46,528 nt of DNA, taken from IMG/VR virus record IMGVR_UViG_3300038379_000041, positions 1-46,528 of that record; one strand, 5' to 3'. Origin of the DNA: a virus (lineage: Duplodnaviria > Caudoviricetes). Shown one piece after another: positions 19,563-29,379 of the stretch; the first letter of the stretch is position 1, and each line of letters opens with the position of its first letter. Made by a program: the position numbers and the translations under genes. A model generated the notes under the pieces. The model made no database searches and was not told where the DNA came from. It was given only the letters and a program-made list of their open reading frames with translations.

Positions 19563-19573
19563 AGGAGGGGGTA

Positions 19574-19945
19574 ATGGTGAAGAAGGCGACCAAGAAGAAA
19601 GCAACGAAGACACTGCCGGCGAAAGCACGGCAGGCGAAGCAACAGCAGCGTAAGCCGCGCGCCCAGGAATTACCTGGCGTCGGCGTGCGGCACACGGATC
19701 TCGATCGCCTGTGCGAGTCGATCGGCGAGGCACGCGATAGCGTGAACGCGCTCCGCGGCGAGGAGAAAGGGCTCTGCCAGAACGCGCTCAAGCAGATGCG
19801 GATCCACAACGTCATGTCGTACCGACACGCCGGCGTCGAGCTGATGCGGGTGATCGGCGAGGACAAGTTGCGCGTACGGACGTCTCGAGACGACGAGGCC
19901 ACGGCGGGCGCCGGCGTCGCCGAGGCGAACGAGGCCGCGGAGTAG
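19574..19945 (+). CDS. Hypothetical basic protein
   Basis: AAGGAGG RBS; Lys-rich N-terminus. Confidence 0.65.
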   Translation: MVKKATKKKATKTLPAKARQAKQQQRKPRAQELPGVGVRHTDLDRLCESIGEARDSVNALRGEEKGLCQNALKQMRIHNVMSYRHAGVELMRVIGEDKLRVRTSRDDEATAGAGVAEANEAAE

Positions 19946-19951
19946 GGCCAA

Positions 19952-21019
19952 GTGGCGAAGCGGGCATTGAGCAAACCGGCGAAGAAAGAGATCCCGTTCC
20001 GCCCGATCGAGATGTTCGGGCGCTTCCGCCTGACGGCGACGGGGCTCGAGGTGACAGGCCGACCCACGCTCGCCGAATACCAAGCGGTCGGTGAGTTCAT
20101 CAGCAAGGTGCAAAAGGGCGCCGGCTGGTGGCTCGCCGACTGGCTCGCCTACGGCGAAACACGCGACGACTGGAAAGAGAAGCTCAGCCAGGTCGTCGAT
20201 GCCGGGCTCGTGAGAGAGCGGACGGCGCGAAACCATAAATACATTGGGGAAAATGTGCCACCATCCCGACGTCGGGAAGATGTTGATTTTTCCCTACATG
20301 CCGAGGTCGCGTCGCTGTCCCCGAAGGAGCAAACCGAGTGGCTCGCCCGCGCCGCCGACCACGATTGGTCGGTGCGGGATCTCCGCGCAGAGATTCGGGC
20401 CGCAGCACGACCAAGGACGATTACCGGCCAGGCCGCGCTCGAGGGCATGTATCGCGTCATCTACGCCGATCCCCCGTGGCTCTATCGGGACAGTGGCGCG
20501 ACGGCTGATGGGTCGCTCGGCAAGGCCGAACGGCACTACGCCGGCATGACGATCGAGCAACTGAGCGCCCTGCCCGTGCAGGCTCATGCGATGCCTGACT
20601 CGATCCTGTTCCTGTGGGTCACGGCCCCGGTGCTGCTCGCGAACCCAGGCCCGCGCGACGTGCTCGAGGCATGGGGGTTTACGTACAAGACCAATTTCAC
20701 CTGGGACAAGGTGCTTGGCATGCGCGGGCACTATTCGCACGTCACCCATGAGCACCTGGTCGTGGCCGTGCGCGGATCGTGTCTGCCGGATCGGCCGACG
20801 CCCCAGCCGAAGAGTTCGCAGACGATCCGCCGCTCCGGGGAACACTCCGAGAAGCCAGAGGATTTCCGGCGCATGATCATGGCGCATTGGGATGGCCCAT
20901 ACCTCGAGCTGTTCGGCCGCAAGCGTGTCGAGGGCTGGACGGTCTTCGGCAACGATGCGAGACTATGGGCGAAGGGTGGCGGCGGCGCCGACATCAAAGA
21001 CGAGGAGATCCCGTTTTGA
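19952..21019 (+). CDS. MT-A70-family N6-adenine methyltransferase fused to an LmbU-like DNA-binding domain
   Basis: YRVIYADPPW, LFLWVT, WGFTYK, HSEKPE, YLELFGR; N-terminal WWLADWLAYG...SRRR...FSLHAEVASL..EQTEWL..A...WSVRDLR. Confidence 0.85.
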   Translation: MAKRALSKPAKKEIPFRPIEMFGRFRLTATGLEVTGRPTLAEYQAVGEFISKVQKGAGWWLADWLAYGETRDDWKEKLSQVVDAGLVRERTARNHKYIGENVPPSRRREDVDFSLHAEVASLSPKEQTEWLARAADHDWSVRDLRAEIRAAARPRTITGQAALEGMYRVIYADPPWLYRDSGATADGSLGKAERHYAGMTIEQLSALPVQAHAMPDSILFLWVTAPVLLANPGPRDVLEAWGFTYKTNFTWDKVLGMRGHYSHVTHEHLVVAVRGSCLPDRPTPQPKSSQTIRRSGEHSEKPEDFRRMIMAHWDGPYLELFGRKRVEGWTVFGNDARLWAKGGGGADIKDEEIPF

Positions 21020-21348
21020 AGTGCGAAGAATTACTCACGCGGATCATCACGATGCTCCGCGCCGATCCCGCCGCCGACGTCGGCGAGCCGGCCGGTGAGT
21101 TGCTCACGGCGCTGATCGAGTGCGATCGGCTGTGCGCCGTGGTGTTGTTCACCCAAGGCACGCCAATCGTACAGCTCGAGCGGGCGGATCTCGCCGAGGC
21201 CGAGGCCGCGCTGGGGCCAATGCCGGGCATCAAGGTCGAGCGGTGGCCGCAGGGCTACATCGCGCCGAACCGACCGCCAGGCGCCAAGCCGATCGTCATG
21301 CAGTTGACCGTCCTCAACACGGCCGAACGAGCGGAGGCGGGCAAGTGA
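21016..21348 (+). CDS. Hypothetical protein
   Basis: TTGA coupling to the methyltransferase stop; start uncertain. Confidence 0.5.
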   Translation: MKCEELLTRIITMLRADPAADVGEPAGELLTALIECDRLCAVVLFTQGTPIVQLERADLAEAEAALGPMPGIKVERWPQGYIAPNRPPGAKPIVMQLTVLNTAERAEAGK

Positions 21349-21400
21349 GGCGACACGGGTGGCGCCGGCGGTGCCACAAAGCGATGAGAAGGGGACGACA

Positions 21401-21595
21401 ATGACACAGATCGAGGTGACGCGGACAATGCCGAGCGGCGCCCAGTACGGCATGCGGCTTGACGCCGTAGTCTCGCGGGTGTTCGTGTATTGGCGGCACC
21501 AAAGTGGAGCATTATGGGCGCGGGTGGGCAGGGAGACATTCGCGTCACGAGCCGAGGCCCAGGCGTGGATTGATCAGCGGGTTGAGCCGGCATGA
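21401..21595 (+). CDS. Hypothetical protein (64 aa)
   Basis: AAGGGG RBS; shares an F-x-S-x-AEAQAW-type motif with the 12783 ORF. Confidence 0.55.
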   Translation: MTQIEVTRTMPSGAQYGMRLDAVVSRVFVYWRHQSGALWARVGRETFASRAEAQAWIDQRVEPA

Positions 21596-21741
21596 TTCGA
21601 TGGGCCTTGCCGGCATGCGTGATGGTGTGGACGTGGGTGATGACGGCAGCGTCACCGTGGCAGGACTGGTACGCGCTGGCGTTCGGCGCCGCGGCGATCC
21701 CGGTCAGCAGGCAACTACACCGTGACCACGAAGCGGGGTAA
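21592..21741 (+). CDS. Small hydrophobic membrane protein (49 aa, not in ORF track)
   Basis: ATGA coupling; MIRWALPACVMVWTWVMTAASPWQDWYALAFGAAAIPV. Confidence 0.45.
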   Translation: MIRWALPACVMVWTWVMTAASPWQDWYALAFGAAAIPVSRQLHRDHEAG

Positions 21742-22237
21742 GCCACTGAGCGGCAGACATCGGCTCTTCGCGCTCGAGTATCTTGCGAACGGGCGCGTCG
21801 GGTATGCCGCGTACGACGCCGTCTATCCGGGCAAGCGACGAATGGAGGTCAGCTCTGCGGCCGCGACGCGACTGTTAAAGTCGGTTAAAGTCGCGGCCTT
21901 CATCGAGGCGCGGACGCAGAAGGTGGTCGAGCAGCTCGAGTACAACGGCGAGCAAGCCCTGGCTGATATCGCGCGCCAGGCGCGGGTGGACGTGCGGAAG
22001 CTCTTCGACGAGCACGGGCAGATTCTACCGCCGAAGCTGTGGCCGGACGACATTGCTGACGCCATCAAGACCATCACACCGACAGAGTTCGGATTCAAAG
22101 TAGGGTTCTACGACAAACTGGTCGCGCGTATCACGATCGCGAAGGCGGCGGGCAAGTTCGTGAAACACGTCGATCAGCGCGTACGGGTGACTTATGGGGA
22201 TCTGCTCGGCGACGGGCCGTTACCGGAGAGCGAGTGA
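21722..22237 (+). CDS. terS: Terminase small subunit
   Basis: LSGRHRLFALEYLAN...AAATRLLKSVKV HTH pattern; DVRKLFDEHG..LP; upstream of TerL. Confidence 0.85.
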   Translation: MTTKRGKPLSGRHRLFALEYLANGRVGYAAYDAVYPGKRRMEVSSAAATRLLKSVKVAAFIEARTQKVVEQLEYNGEQALADIARQARVDVRKLFDEHGQILPPKLWPDDIADAIKTITPTEFGFKVGFYDKLVARITIAKAAGKFVKHVDQRVRVTYGDLLGDGPLPESE

Positions 22238-22238
22238 G

Positions 22239-22448
22239 ATGAACGAGCGGTGCCGCAAGTTCGAGTACGACTCCGAGGCCGCCGCGCGCAAGGCCATGAA
22301 GACGTTGAAAGCCAGTAGCCATGAAAACAAGAAACTCCTCGCACGGCTCTCGGTGTACTTGTGTCACCTCCATCAGGCCGAGGTATGGCACGTCGGGCAT
22401 AACCCGTTCGCGACGGCCCGCGCTCGGCGCTATCAACGCCGGCGATGA
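22239..22448 (+). CDS. Small Zn-finger-like protein
   Basis: C-x-K..Y.SE..A...VYLC..H..WHVGH pattern. Confidence 0.55.
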   Translation: MNERCRKFEYDSEAAARKAMKTLKASSHENKKLLARLSVYLCHLHQAEVWHVGHNPFATARARRYQRRR

Positions 22449-22484
22449 TCTAGGGTCGCCTGGGCAGTGTCCGGCGGTGACACC

Positions 22485-23222
22485 GTGATCCATTATCACG
22501 GCCTCCCTATCACGCCGGCCACTGCGGCCGAAGTTGCCGTCAGAGCCGGGCATGCCTTCGTCTCGTTTGCTTATCCTGGTCAGATGGGATTGGCTGTTGC
22601 TGCCTGCCAGTCCTTCGCGCTGGACAACGGCGCTTTCTCGGCGTGGCGCAAGGGTCAGCCCATTACCGATTGGGAGCCGTATTATGCCTTCGCTGAGGCC
22701 GGGAAGCGGCAACCGGCCTGCGACTTTGCCGTCATTCCAGACGTGATTGACGGCACCGAAAGCGACAACGATGATCTCGTGGCCGACTGGCCCCTGCCGC
22801 ATTGGTTCGGTGCTCCCGTCTGGCATCTGCACGAGTCGTTTGAGCGGCTTGAGCGGCTGGCGGAGCGGTTTCCGCGTGTTTGCCTCGGCAGCTCGGGAGC
22901 CTACGCCCAGATCGGCACCGAACAATGGTGGCGACGGATGCACCAAGCCATGCGGACTATTTGCGACGATGCTGGGCACCCCCGTTGCCGCTTGCACGGA
23001 TTGCGGATGCTTAACCCCGCGGTGTTCTCGCGGTTTCCGTTTGCGTCTGCCGACAGCACAAACATCGGCCAAAACATCGGCATCGATTTGGCGTGGCGTG
23101 GCACCTACGCCCCGCCGACCAAGGAGAGCCGCGTGCAGTTGATGCGTAGCCGTATTGAGTCGATTAATGCGCCAGATCATTACGATTTCCAGAACTTGCC
23201 ACCGGAGTTTGAGTTGCGATGA
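22485..23222 (+). CDS. TGT/DpdA-like (tRNA-guanine transglycosylase fold) protein
   Basis: FALDNGAFS, IPDVIDG, PVWH, VCLGSSG, LHGLRM, SADST motifs; start 22485 (or 22467). Confidence 0.7.
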   Translation: MIHYHGLPITPATAAEVAVRAGHAFVSFAYPGQMGLAVAACQSFALDNGAFSAWRKGQPITDWEPYYAFAEAGKRQPACDFAVIPDVIDGTESDNDDLVADWPLPHWFGAPVWHLHESFERLERLAERFPRVCLGSSGAYAQIGTEQWWRRMHQAMRTICDDAGHPRCRLHGLRMLNPAVFSRFPFASADSTNIGQNIGIDLAWRGTYAPPTKESRVQLMRSRIESINAPDHYDFQNLPPEFELR

Positions 23223-23305
23223 GCCAGAAGGCGCGATGAATACGTGGCAGATTTCTGGCGCCGGGCCCACGGCACAGACGGCCACCTGTTCGATGAGAAC
23301 CCGCA

Positions 23306-24787
23306 GTGGGTCCGACTGAAGTACGCGAGAAGCTACGGAGTTATTACCGGCCGGGGCAGATCACCCGAGGCGGCTCGGCGCGGTTTGTACGCGAGCGGTT
23401 CCGGGTCGAGCCGGACGCTTGGCAACTCGACGGACTGAACGCGTTCGACGACCCCGCCAATCAGCGGATAGCCTTTAAGGCGTGCAAGGGGCCGGGCAAG
23501 ACGGCACTCTTGGCGTGGCTGATCTGGATCTTCCTCGCAACGCGGCCCTACGCGAAGATTGGGGCCACGTCGATCACCGAGGACAACCTCAACGACAACC
23601 TGTGGCCGGAGTTGTCGAAATGGCAGGCGCGGGATCCGTTCCTCTCGCGCGCGTTCACCTGGACGAAGACGCGGATCGCAAACACTGATCACCCGGCCAA
23701 CTGGTTCGCCACGGCGCGCACCTGGCCAAAGAGCGCCGATCCGGTGAAGCAGGCCGACACCCTAGCCGGACTCCACGCGGACTATTGCATGTTCGTGCTC
23801 GATGAGAGCGGCGGCATTCCCCAGGCCGTGATGGCGACGGCCGAGGCCGTGCTCGCAAGCGGCATCGAGACACGCATCGTGCAGGCCGGCAATCCCACGC
23901 ACCTGGTCGGCCCGTTGTTCCGCGCGTGTACCGCGGACAAGGCGCTGTGGTTCGTCATCATCATCACGGGCGATCCTGACAACCCGAAGAGGTCGCCACG
24001 TATCAAACTGGAATGGGCCAAGCAACAGATCGCGACATACGGGCGAGATAACCCGTGGGTCATGGTCAACGTGCTCGGCGAGTTTCCGCCCGCGGCCATC
24101 AACGCCTTGCTCAGCGTGGAGGAGGTCGAGCGGTCAATGAGCCGGAAGATCCGCGCGGACGTCTACGACTGGTCGCAGAAGCGGCTCGGCGTGGACGTGG
24201 CGCGGTTCGGCGACGATCGAACGGTGATCTTCCCGCGGCAGGGGCTTCAAGCATTTCAGCCGGTCGTGATGCGAAACCGACGCACCACCGATATCGCGGC
24301 GCGCGTCGCTCGAGGAATCGCGCAGTGGCGCGCGGAGCAGACCTTTGTCGATGACACGGGGCATTGGGGCCACGGCGTCATCGATAACCTGATCGCCGGC
24401 GGCTACCCCGCGATCCCCGTGGTCTACTCCGAGAAGGCCATCAACCCGCGCTATAAGAATCGCCGCGCGGAGATGTGGCTCGAGATGGCCGAGTGGGTTA
24501 AAAATGGCGGCGGACTACCGAACATCCCCGAACTGGTCGGCGAGTTGATCACGCCCACGTACTCGTTTGTCGGCGGGCAGTTCATGTTACAGGACAAGGA
24601 TCAGGTGAAAGAGGCGCTCGGCCGGTCGCCTGACTTGGCCGACGCACTGGCCCTGACGTTCGCCATGCCGGACATGCCAGGCGAGTTGATGGCGAAACTG
24701 GCGAAGCGAGATAAGGCGGCACGCGATTTTGATCCCAACACGAGCGAGGAGCGTAATGCCGCACGCGAGTTCGACCCCAACGAGTGA
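23306..24787 (+). CDS. terL: Terminase large subunit
   Basis: ACKGPGKT Walker A, FVLDESGG Walker B, GNP, LGVDVARFGDD and SPDLADALALTF nuclease motifs. Confidence 0.95.
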   Translation: MGPTEVREKLRSYYRPGQITRGGSARFVRERFRVEPDAWQLDGLNAFDDPANQRIAFKACKGPGKTALLAWLIWIFLATRPYAKIGATSITEDNLNDNLWPELSKWQARDPFLSRAFTWTKTRIANTDHPANWFATARTWPKSADPVKQADTLAGLHADYCMFVLDESGGIPQAVMATAEAVLASGIETRIVQAGNPTHLVGPLFRACTADKALWFVIIITGDPDNPKRSPRIKLEWAKQQIATYGRDNPWVMVNVLGEFPPAAINALLSVEEVERSMSRKIRADVYDWSQKRLGVDVARFGDDRTVIFPRQGLQAFQPVVMRNRRTTDIAARVARGIAQWRAEQTFVDDTGHWGHGVIDNLIAGGYPAIPVVYSEKAINPRYKNRRAEMWLEMAEWVKNGGGLPNIPELVGELITPTYSFVGGQFMLQDKDQVKEALGRSPDLADALALTFAMPDMPGELMAKLAKRDKAARDFDPNTSEERNAAREFDPNE

Positions 24788-25016
24788 GAGGTATCTGGCA
24801 GCTCAGGTGACGTGCCACGAATGTGGATGGCACGCGATCGCCGTCAGGCTCGCGTCGCTGGCGTGGACGGGGATCGCCGGCCGGCCGCGGCGCTGTGAGA
24901 ATTGCGACTCTCAACTTGTGGAGGCGGCACAATGGTGGCCGCTCGATGATCCTCGACTGATCGCGATTGCAGAGTGGCGGCGTCTCCAAGATCAGATTGA
25001 GTGCAAGGAGGGTTGA
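24756..25016 (+). CDS. Small Zn-ribbon protein
   Basis: CHEC...CENC; GAGGAG RBS inside the terL end. Confidence 0.55.
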   Translation: MPHASSTPTSERYLAAQVTCHECGWHAIAVRLASLAWTGIAGRPRRCENCDSQLVEAAQWWPLDDPRLIAIAEWRRLQDQIECKEG

Positions 25017-25018
25017 TC

Positions 25019-25498
25019 ATGGAATATCGGGTGCGGACGATGGAGCGGGGCGGATCGTTGCAGCAGGCTCGAGACTTCGTGCGGGTGATCGAGATGGCCC
25101 AGGAGTTTTTGGCGACGTCGATGTTTGGCCAGTTCGCGCAGGCCACGGACGAGCAGCTCGGCGCGCTCGCCATTCGCGCGCAAGGGTGCGGCGAGATCTT
25201 TCTACTCGAGGCGATCAGTAAGGCTGGCGTGGAAGTGGTGGGGTTCCTCGCAATGGTCGCGCTCGAGCACGCAATCGACGGTCGGCGGTATGGCGACGAA
25301 CTGGCGTGGTGGGTAGCGCCGGATCATCGCGGGGCGCGGGCGGGCGGCTTTCTGCTGGCGACGGCGGAGTCGTGGGCTAGGGAAAACGGCCTAAGTATGG
25401 TAAAAATGGTCGCGCCGGCCGACTCGACGATCGGCGAGTTCTACGTGCGACACGGGTATGCAGCCGTTGAGACGTCGTACCAGAAGGTGTTGAGCTGA
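25019..25498 (+). CDS. GNAT-family acetyltransferase
   Basis: WWVAPDHRGARAGGFLL motif A, FYVRHGY motif B; AAGGAGG RBS. Confidence 0.85.
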   Translation: MEYRVRTMERGGSLQQARDFVRVIEMAQEFLATSMFGQFAQATDEQLGALAIRAQGCGEIFLLEAISKAGVEVVGFLAMVALEHAIDGRRYGDELAWWVAPDHRGARAGGFLLATAESWARENGLSMVKMVAPADSTIGEFYVRHGYAAVETSYQKVLS

Positions 25499-25806
25499 TG
25501 GGTCTATTCACCGGACTCGCGATCGGCGGGGCGCTCGCAGGCGGATTGTTCGCCGGCAAGAAGCTCGGCCAGCGCAACGCGCAGGCGCAACAGGCGCAAT
25601 CACAGATCCCGCCGACGCCAGGCTCGCAACTGACCGCGCCCGCGCCGCCAACCATCAACCCAGGCGATCAGATGGCTCAAGCTAACCGCGCCGGCGAACG
25701 GCAGCGTAAGCGCGCGGCATCCAGCACGCTCGTCGGCCAGGCTCCCAAGAGCGACAAGACGCCGGCGTCACCGACACTCAGGCCGAAGACGCTGATCGGG
25801 TACTGA
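25498..25806 (+). CDS. Small pre-portal virion protein
   Basis: TGATG coupling on both sides; Gly-rich hydrophobic N-terminus and KTLIG C-terminus, as in podovirus pre-portal genes. Confidence 0.65.
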   Translation: MGLFTGLAIGGALAGGLFAGKKLGQRNAQAQQAQSQIPPTPGSQLTAPAPPTINPGDQMAQANRAGERQRKRAASSTLVGQAPKSDKTPASPTLRPKTLIGY

Positions 25807-27539
25807 TGGCGAACATCTACGAGGGCGCGCCCGTCACCCGCCGCGATCGACTCGAGAAGGTGCGCGGGGCGCTCAAGACCCGTCGCGCATCCTTTGATGG
25901 GCAATGGCGCGACGTGGCTGATTTCATCGCGCCGCGGCGCATTCGCATGCACGCCACGGACGTCAACCGTGGCGACCGACGCGATCAGAAAATCATCGAC
26001 TCGACCGGCAAGATGGCCGAGCGGACGCTCAAGTCGGGGTTACACGCCGGCCTGACGTCGCCGGCGCGGCCGTGGATGAAGCTGACGACACCGGATCCCG
26101 ACTTGGCGCAATCGCCGGCGGTGAAGGAGTGGCTGCATGTCGTCACGAGCCGCATGCTGACGGTCTTCGCGCAGACCAATCTCTACAACGTCCTGCCTAT
26201 TCTCTACGGCGACTTCGGCACGTTCGGCACGGCGGCGATGGCCGTGCTCGAGGATGAGCGCGATCTGTTTCGGTGCTACCCGTACCCAATCGGCAGCTAT
26301 TGTCTGGCGGTCAACAAGCGCGGACTGATTGACACATGGGTGTACGAGTTCCGGTTGACGGTTGATCAACTTGTCCGCGAGTACGCCGTCGTCGAAGGGA
26401 CGCGACGCATCGACTGGTCGCGCATCAGCACACACGCCAAATCGTTATGGGATCGTGGCGACTATTACGAGTTGATCGATGTGTGTTGGGTAGTGATGCC
26501 GAACGAGTTGCACGACGCCAACCGGATCGAGTCAAAATATCTCCCGTTCACGAGTTGCCATTTCGAGGTCGGGGAGAATCGGGACGGACGGTTTCTGCGC
26601 GAGAGCGGGTTCCGCACATTCCCTGTGCTGGCACCGCGTTGGGACGTCACGGCGCTGACCGACACGTACGGCGTCGATTGCTGCGGCATGACGGCGCTCG
26701 GCGACGTGCGGCAACTGCAAACAATGGAGCGACGCAAGGGGCAGGCGATTGCGAAGATGGTCGATCCGCCGCTTGTGGGGCCGTCATCGCTGCGGACGCA
26801 GAAGACGTCCCTCTTGCCGGGCGATATCACGTACCAAGACGTGCGCGAGGGCATGCAAGGGCTCCGAGCGATTCACGAGGTCGGGGTGAATCTCAGCCAC
26901 CTGACGACAGACATGGCCGAGGTGCGGTACCGGATCCAGCGCGCGTACTATGAGGATCTGTTCCTGATGCTCGCGACGATGGATCAGAACCCGGCCCGCG
27001 GCGCGGATGCGCCCACCGCTCGAGAGATTCAGGAGCGGCACGAGGAGAAGCTGCTGGCGCTCGGCCCGACACTCGAGCGCACTAATGACGAGCTGCTCGA
27101 TCCGCTCGTCGATCGTGTGTATGAGATGATGGAGCGCAATGGGCTCATCCCCGAGGCGCCGCCAGAACTGGACAACGTTAAACTGAAAGTCGAATACATC
27201 TCGATTCTCGCCCAGGCGCAAAAACTGGTCGGCGTGGTCGGCCAGGATCGGCTCGTGCAAACCGTGCTCGGTATGGCCGAGCTGATGCCGGAGGCGGTAG
27301 ATAAGATTGACCTAGATCGTTTGATCGATAACTACGGCGACATGCTCGGCGTGGATCCGCGGGTGGTGCGGTCAAACGAGGAAGCCAACGCGAGGCGCCA
27401 GCAGCGGGCACAGCAACAGCAGGCGGCGCTCGATGCCGACAACGCGCAGAAGCTCGCGCAGGCCGGTAAAGCGGCCAGCGAGACGTCGCTCGACGGCGAC
27501 TCAGCACTCACACGGGCGCTTACGGGAGCCGTGGCGTAG
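25806..27539 (+). CDS. Portal (head-to-tail connector) protein
   Basis: GLTSPARPW, FGTAAM, PRW...YG, TAREIQERHEEKLLALGP, VEYISILAQAQK; T7/BPP-1-type portal. Confidence 0.93.
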   Translation: MANIYEGAPVTRRDRLEKVRGALKTRRASFDGQWRDVADFIAPRRIRMHATDVNRGDRRDQKIIDSTGKMAERTLKSGLHAGLTSPARPWMKLTTPDPDLAQSPAVKEWLHVVTSRMLTVFAQTNLYNVLPILYGDFGTFGTAAMAVLEDERDLFRCYPYPIGSYCLAVNKRGLIDTWVYEFRLTVDQLVREYAVVEGTRRIDWSRISTHAKSLWDRGDYYELIDVCWVVMPNELHDANRIESKYLPFTSCHFEVGENRDGRFLRESGFRTFPVLAPRWDVTALTDTYGVDCCGMTALGDVRQLQTMERRKGQAIAKMVDPPLVGPSSLRTQKTSLLPGDITYQDVREGMQGLRAIHEVGVNLSHLTTDMAEVRYRIQRAYYEDLFLMLATMDQNPARGADAPTAREIQERHEEKLLALGPTLERTNDELLDPLVDRVYEMMERNGLIPEAPPELDNVKLKVEYISILAQAQKLVGVVGQDRLVQTVLGMAELMPEAVDKIDLDRLIDNYGDMLGVDPRVVRSNEEANARRQQRAQQQQAALDADNAQKLAQAGKAASETSLDGDSALTRALTGAVA

Positions 27540-27568
27540 CCATGAGATTCGGGGAAAAGGGGGACACG

Positions 27569-27898
27569 ATGACGAGGTACTTGGTGCTCGCGCTGGCTGT
27601 CGTGCTGAGCGCAGCCGTCGCCGAGGCGGCATTTCGAGCCGGGCGGATCACCGTGACCACGACAGCCACGGCGCTCTACACCGCGCCGGCGCGGGGCGGG
27701 TCAGTGTTGCTGTGTAACCGGCACACGGCTAGCGTCTACATCGGCGGCGACGGCACGCTGACGACGGCCAACGGATTCGAGATCGCGGCCGGTGATTGCA
27801 CGACACAGCGGCCGTTTCCCAATGAGTCCATCTGGTTCATCGTCGGCGCAGCGACGGCTCGCGTCGATTTCGCCGAGGGCCAGTACCGGGAGCCATAG
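27569..27898 (+). CDS. Small beta-sandwich structural-type protein with a signal-peptide-like leader
   Basis: MTRYLVLALAVVLSAAVAEA-A leader; TVTTTATAL...NRHTASVYIGG...NGFEIAAG body. Confidence 0.7.
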   Translation: MTRYLVLALAVVLSAAVAEAAFRAGRITVTTTATALYTAPARGGSVLLCNRHTASVYIGGDGTLTTANGFEIAAGDCTTQRPFPNESIWFIVGAATARVDFAEGQYREP

Positions 27899-27900
27899 TC

Positions 27901-29364
27901 ATGCGCCAATTACTGATCGTCGCGATCGCGACGCTATTCACAGCGGCACCTGTATCTGGCCAGGGCAACGTCGGTGCCCAAGGTTACTATCGCGTGCCAC
28001 CCCTAAGCTCGAGCGGCGTGTTGTCGGCGCCGATCTACGGCCCACAGTCCTGCACGACGCCGGCTTTCGCCTTCGTCGCGGCCACCACGAGCGGCGTCGG
28101 CTACACGCCGAGCAAGGTGTGCATCGTCATTGGCGGCACCGAAGTGCTCGGCGTGTCGGCCTCAGCGGTGACGAGCACGGTGCCGGTGGTGGTGCCTGAC
28201 GGCAGTGCAGGGGCCCCAAGCATCAGACGCAGCGCAAGTCAGACAGGCTTTTTCTTTGAAGACCAGTTCTCGGTGCTATTTGGTGAGAACGGCATCCCTG
28301 ATATTCGATTGGGTCGTACGGGTGACGCAGGCTACTTGGGGTTCTATTTCAACTCGTCCATTGCTACATATTTGATCAGTGACGCCGCGAACGTCATCGC
28401 GCAGCGGAATGGGACGAATGCGCAGACCTTCAATGTCTATCAAACCTATACCAGTGCAACCGATTTTTACCGGACGAGTCTCTATTCAAATTATGCCAGT
28501 GCGTCGGGTGGACTGATTCTAGAAAAAGGCGCGGCCACGGCTGACGCCGCACTGCCCTTATACATTCGCAACGCAACAAACGGCAGCATTGACTTTGGCA
28601 CAAATTCGGCTTCTCGTTGGCAGATCGGTGCGTCAGGTCACTTCCTTGCGAACGGTGCCTACAACATCGGTGACGGCGCGGGGAATAGCCCGGTCAACAT
28701 CTACACCGAAGGGCAAATCATTACACCTGATCATACCTATGGTTCGGATAGCACACCGCAGTACGCTGTTAACGGAGACGCGACCACGGGATTTCGCTAT
28801 CGTGGCGGTGGGGAGATCGCCTATGTGTCTGGGTCAACACTCTACTGGCGAATGCGGGGCGCACGACTGATTGCCTCCGACGCAGCAACCCTTGAATGGG
28901 GTGAAAGCCAACGCTCGATCATCAGCAGTCCTGCTGACGGGCAGTTTAATTGGACAAACGCGGCGGCAAGTGCGGGCGTGCTGTTCACTTTTTCCTCTGA
29001 TGGCAAGTACACGATTGGCACTCGCAGCGGCGGTACGGCGGCAACCCAACTCGGCTCATCGCAAAGCACCGATCCGACCTGCACGAGTAATTGCGGGACG
29101 AGTCCCACGGTCATAGGCTCTGACTCCGAGTTCCGCGTGACAATGGGGAGCAGCGGTTCGCCCGCGTCCGGGTGGGTCATCACATACAACGGGACGTGGG
29201 ATGTGGCGCCTGTGTGCTCGGTGACGATGGGCCTAGCGGGCATGGCGGTAGGGAAGATGGCGATTGTTGTGGCCACGACGACCACCACGATGACAGTCAC
29301 GACAAACGGCACCGCGCCAAGTAATTCCGACGTATATCACGTTTTGTGTAGAGCACCACGGTAA
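27901..29364 (+). CDS. Tail-fibre-like protein with a signal-peptide-like leader
   Basis: MRQLLIVAIATLFTAAPVSG-Q leader; three copies of a (D)GS..AP..F...TG fibre-type motif; G/S/T-rich. Confidence 0.7.
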   Translation: MRQLLIVAIATLFTAAPVSGQGNVGAQGYYRVPPLSSSGVLSAPIYGPQSCTTPAFAFVAATTSGVGYTPSKVCIVIGGTEVLGVSASAVTSTVPVVVPDGSAGAPSIRRSASQTGFFFEDQFSVLFGENGIPDIRLGRTGDAGYLGFYFNSSIATYLISDAANVIAQRNGTNAQTFNVYQTYTSATDFYRTSLYSNYASASGGLILEKGAATADAALPLYIRNATNGSIDFGTNSASRWQIGASGHFLANGAYNIGDGAGNSPVNIYTEGQIITPDHTYGSDSTPQYAVNGDATTGFRYRGGGEIAYVSGSTLYWRMRGARLIASDAATLEWGESQRSIISSPADGQFNWTNAAASAGVLFTFSSDGKYTIGTRSGGTAATQLGSSQSTDPTCTSNCGTSPTVIGSDSEFRVTMGSSGSPASGWVITYNGTWDVAPVCSVTMGLAGMAVGKMAIVVATTTTTMTVTTNGTAPSNSDVYHVLCRAPR

Positions 29365-29379
29365 GGAAGGGAAACTAGA

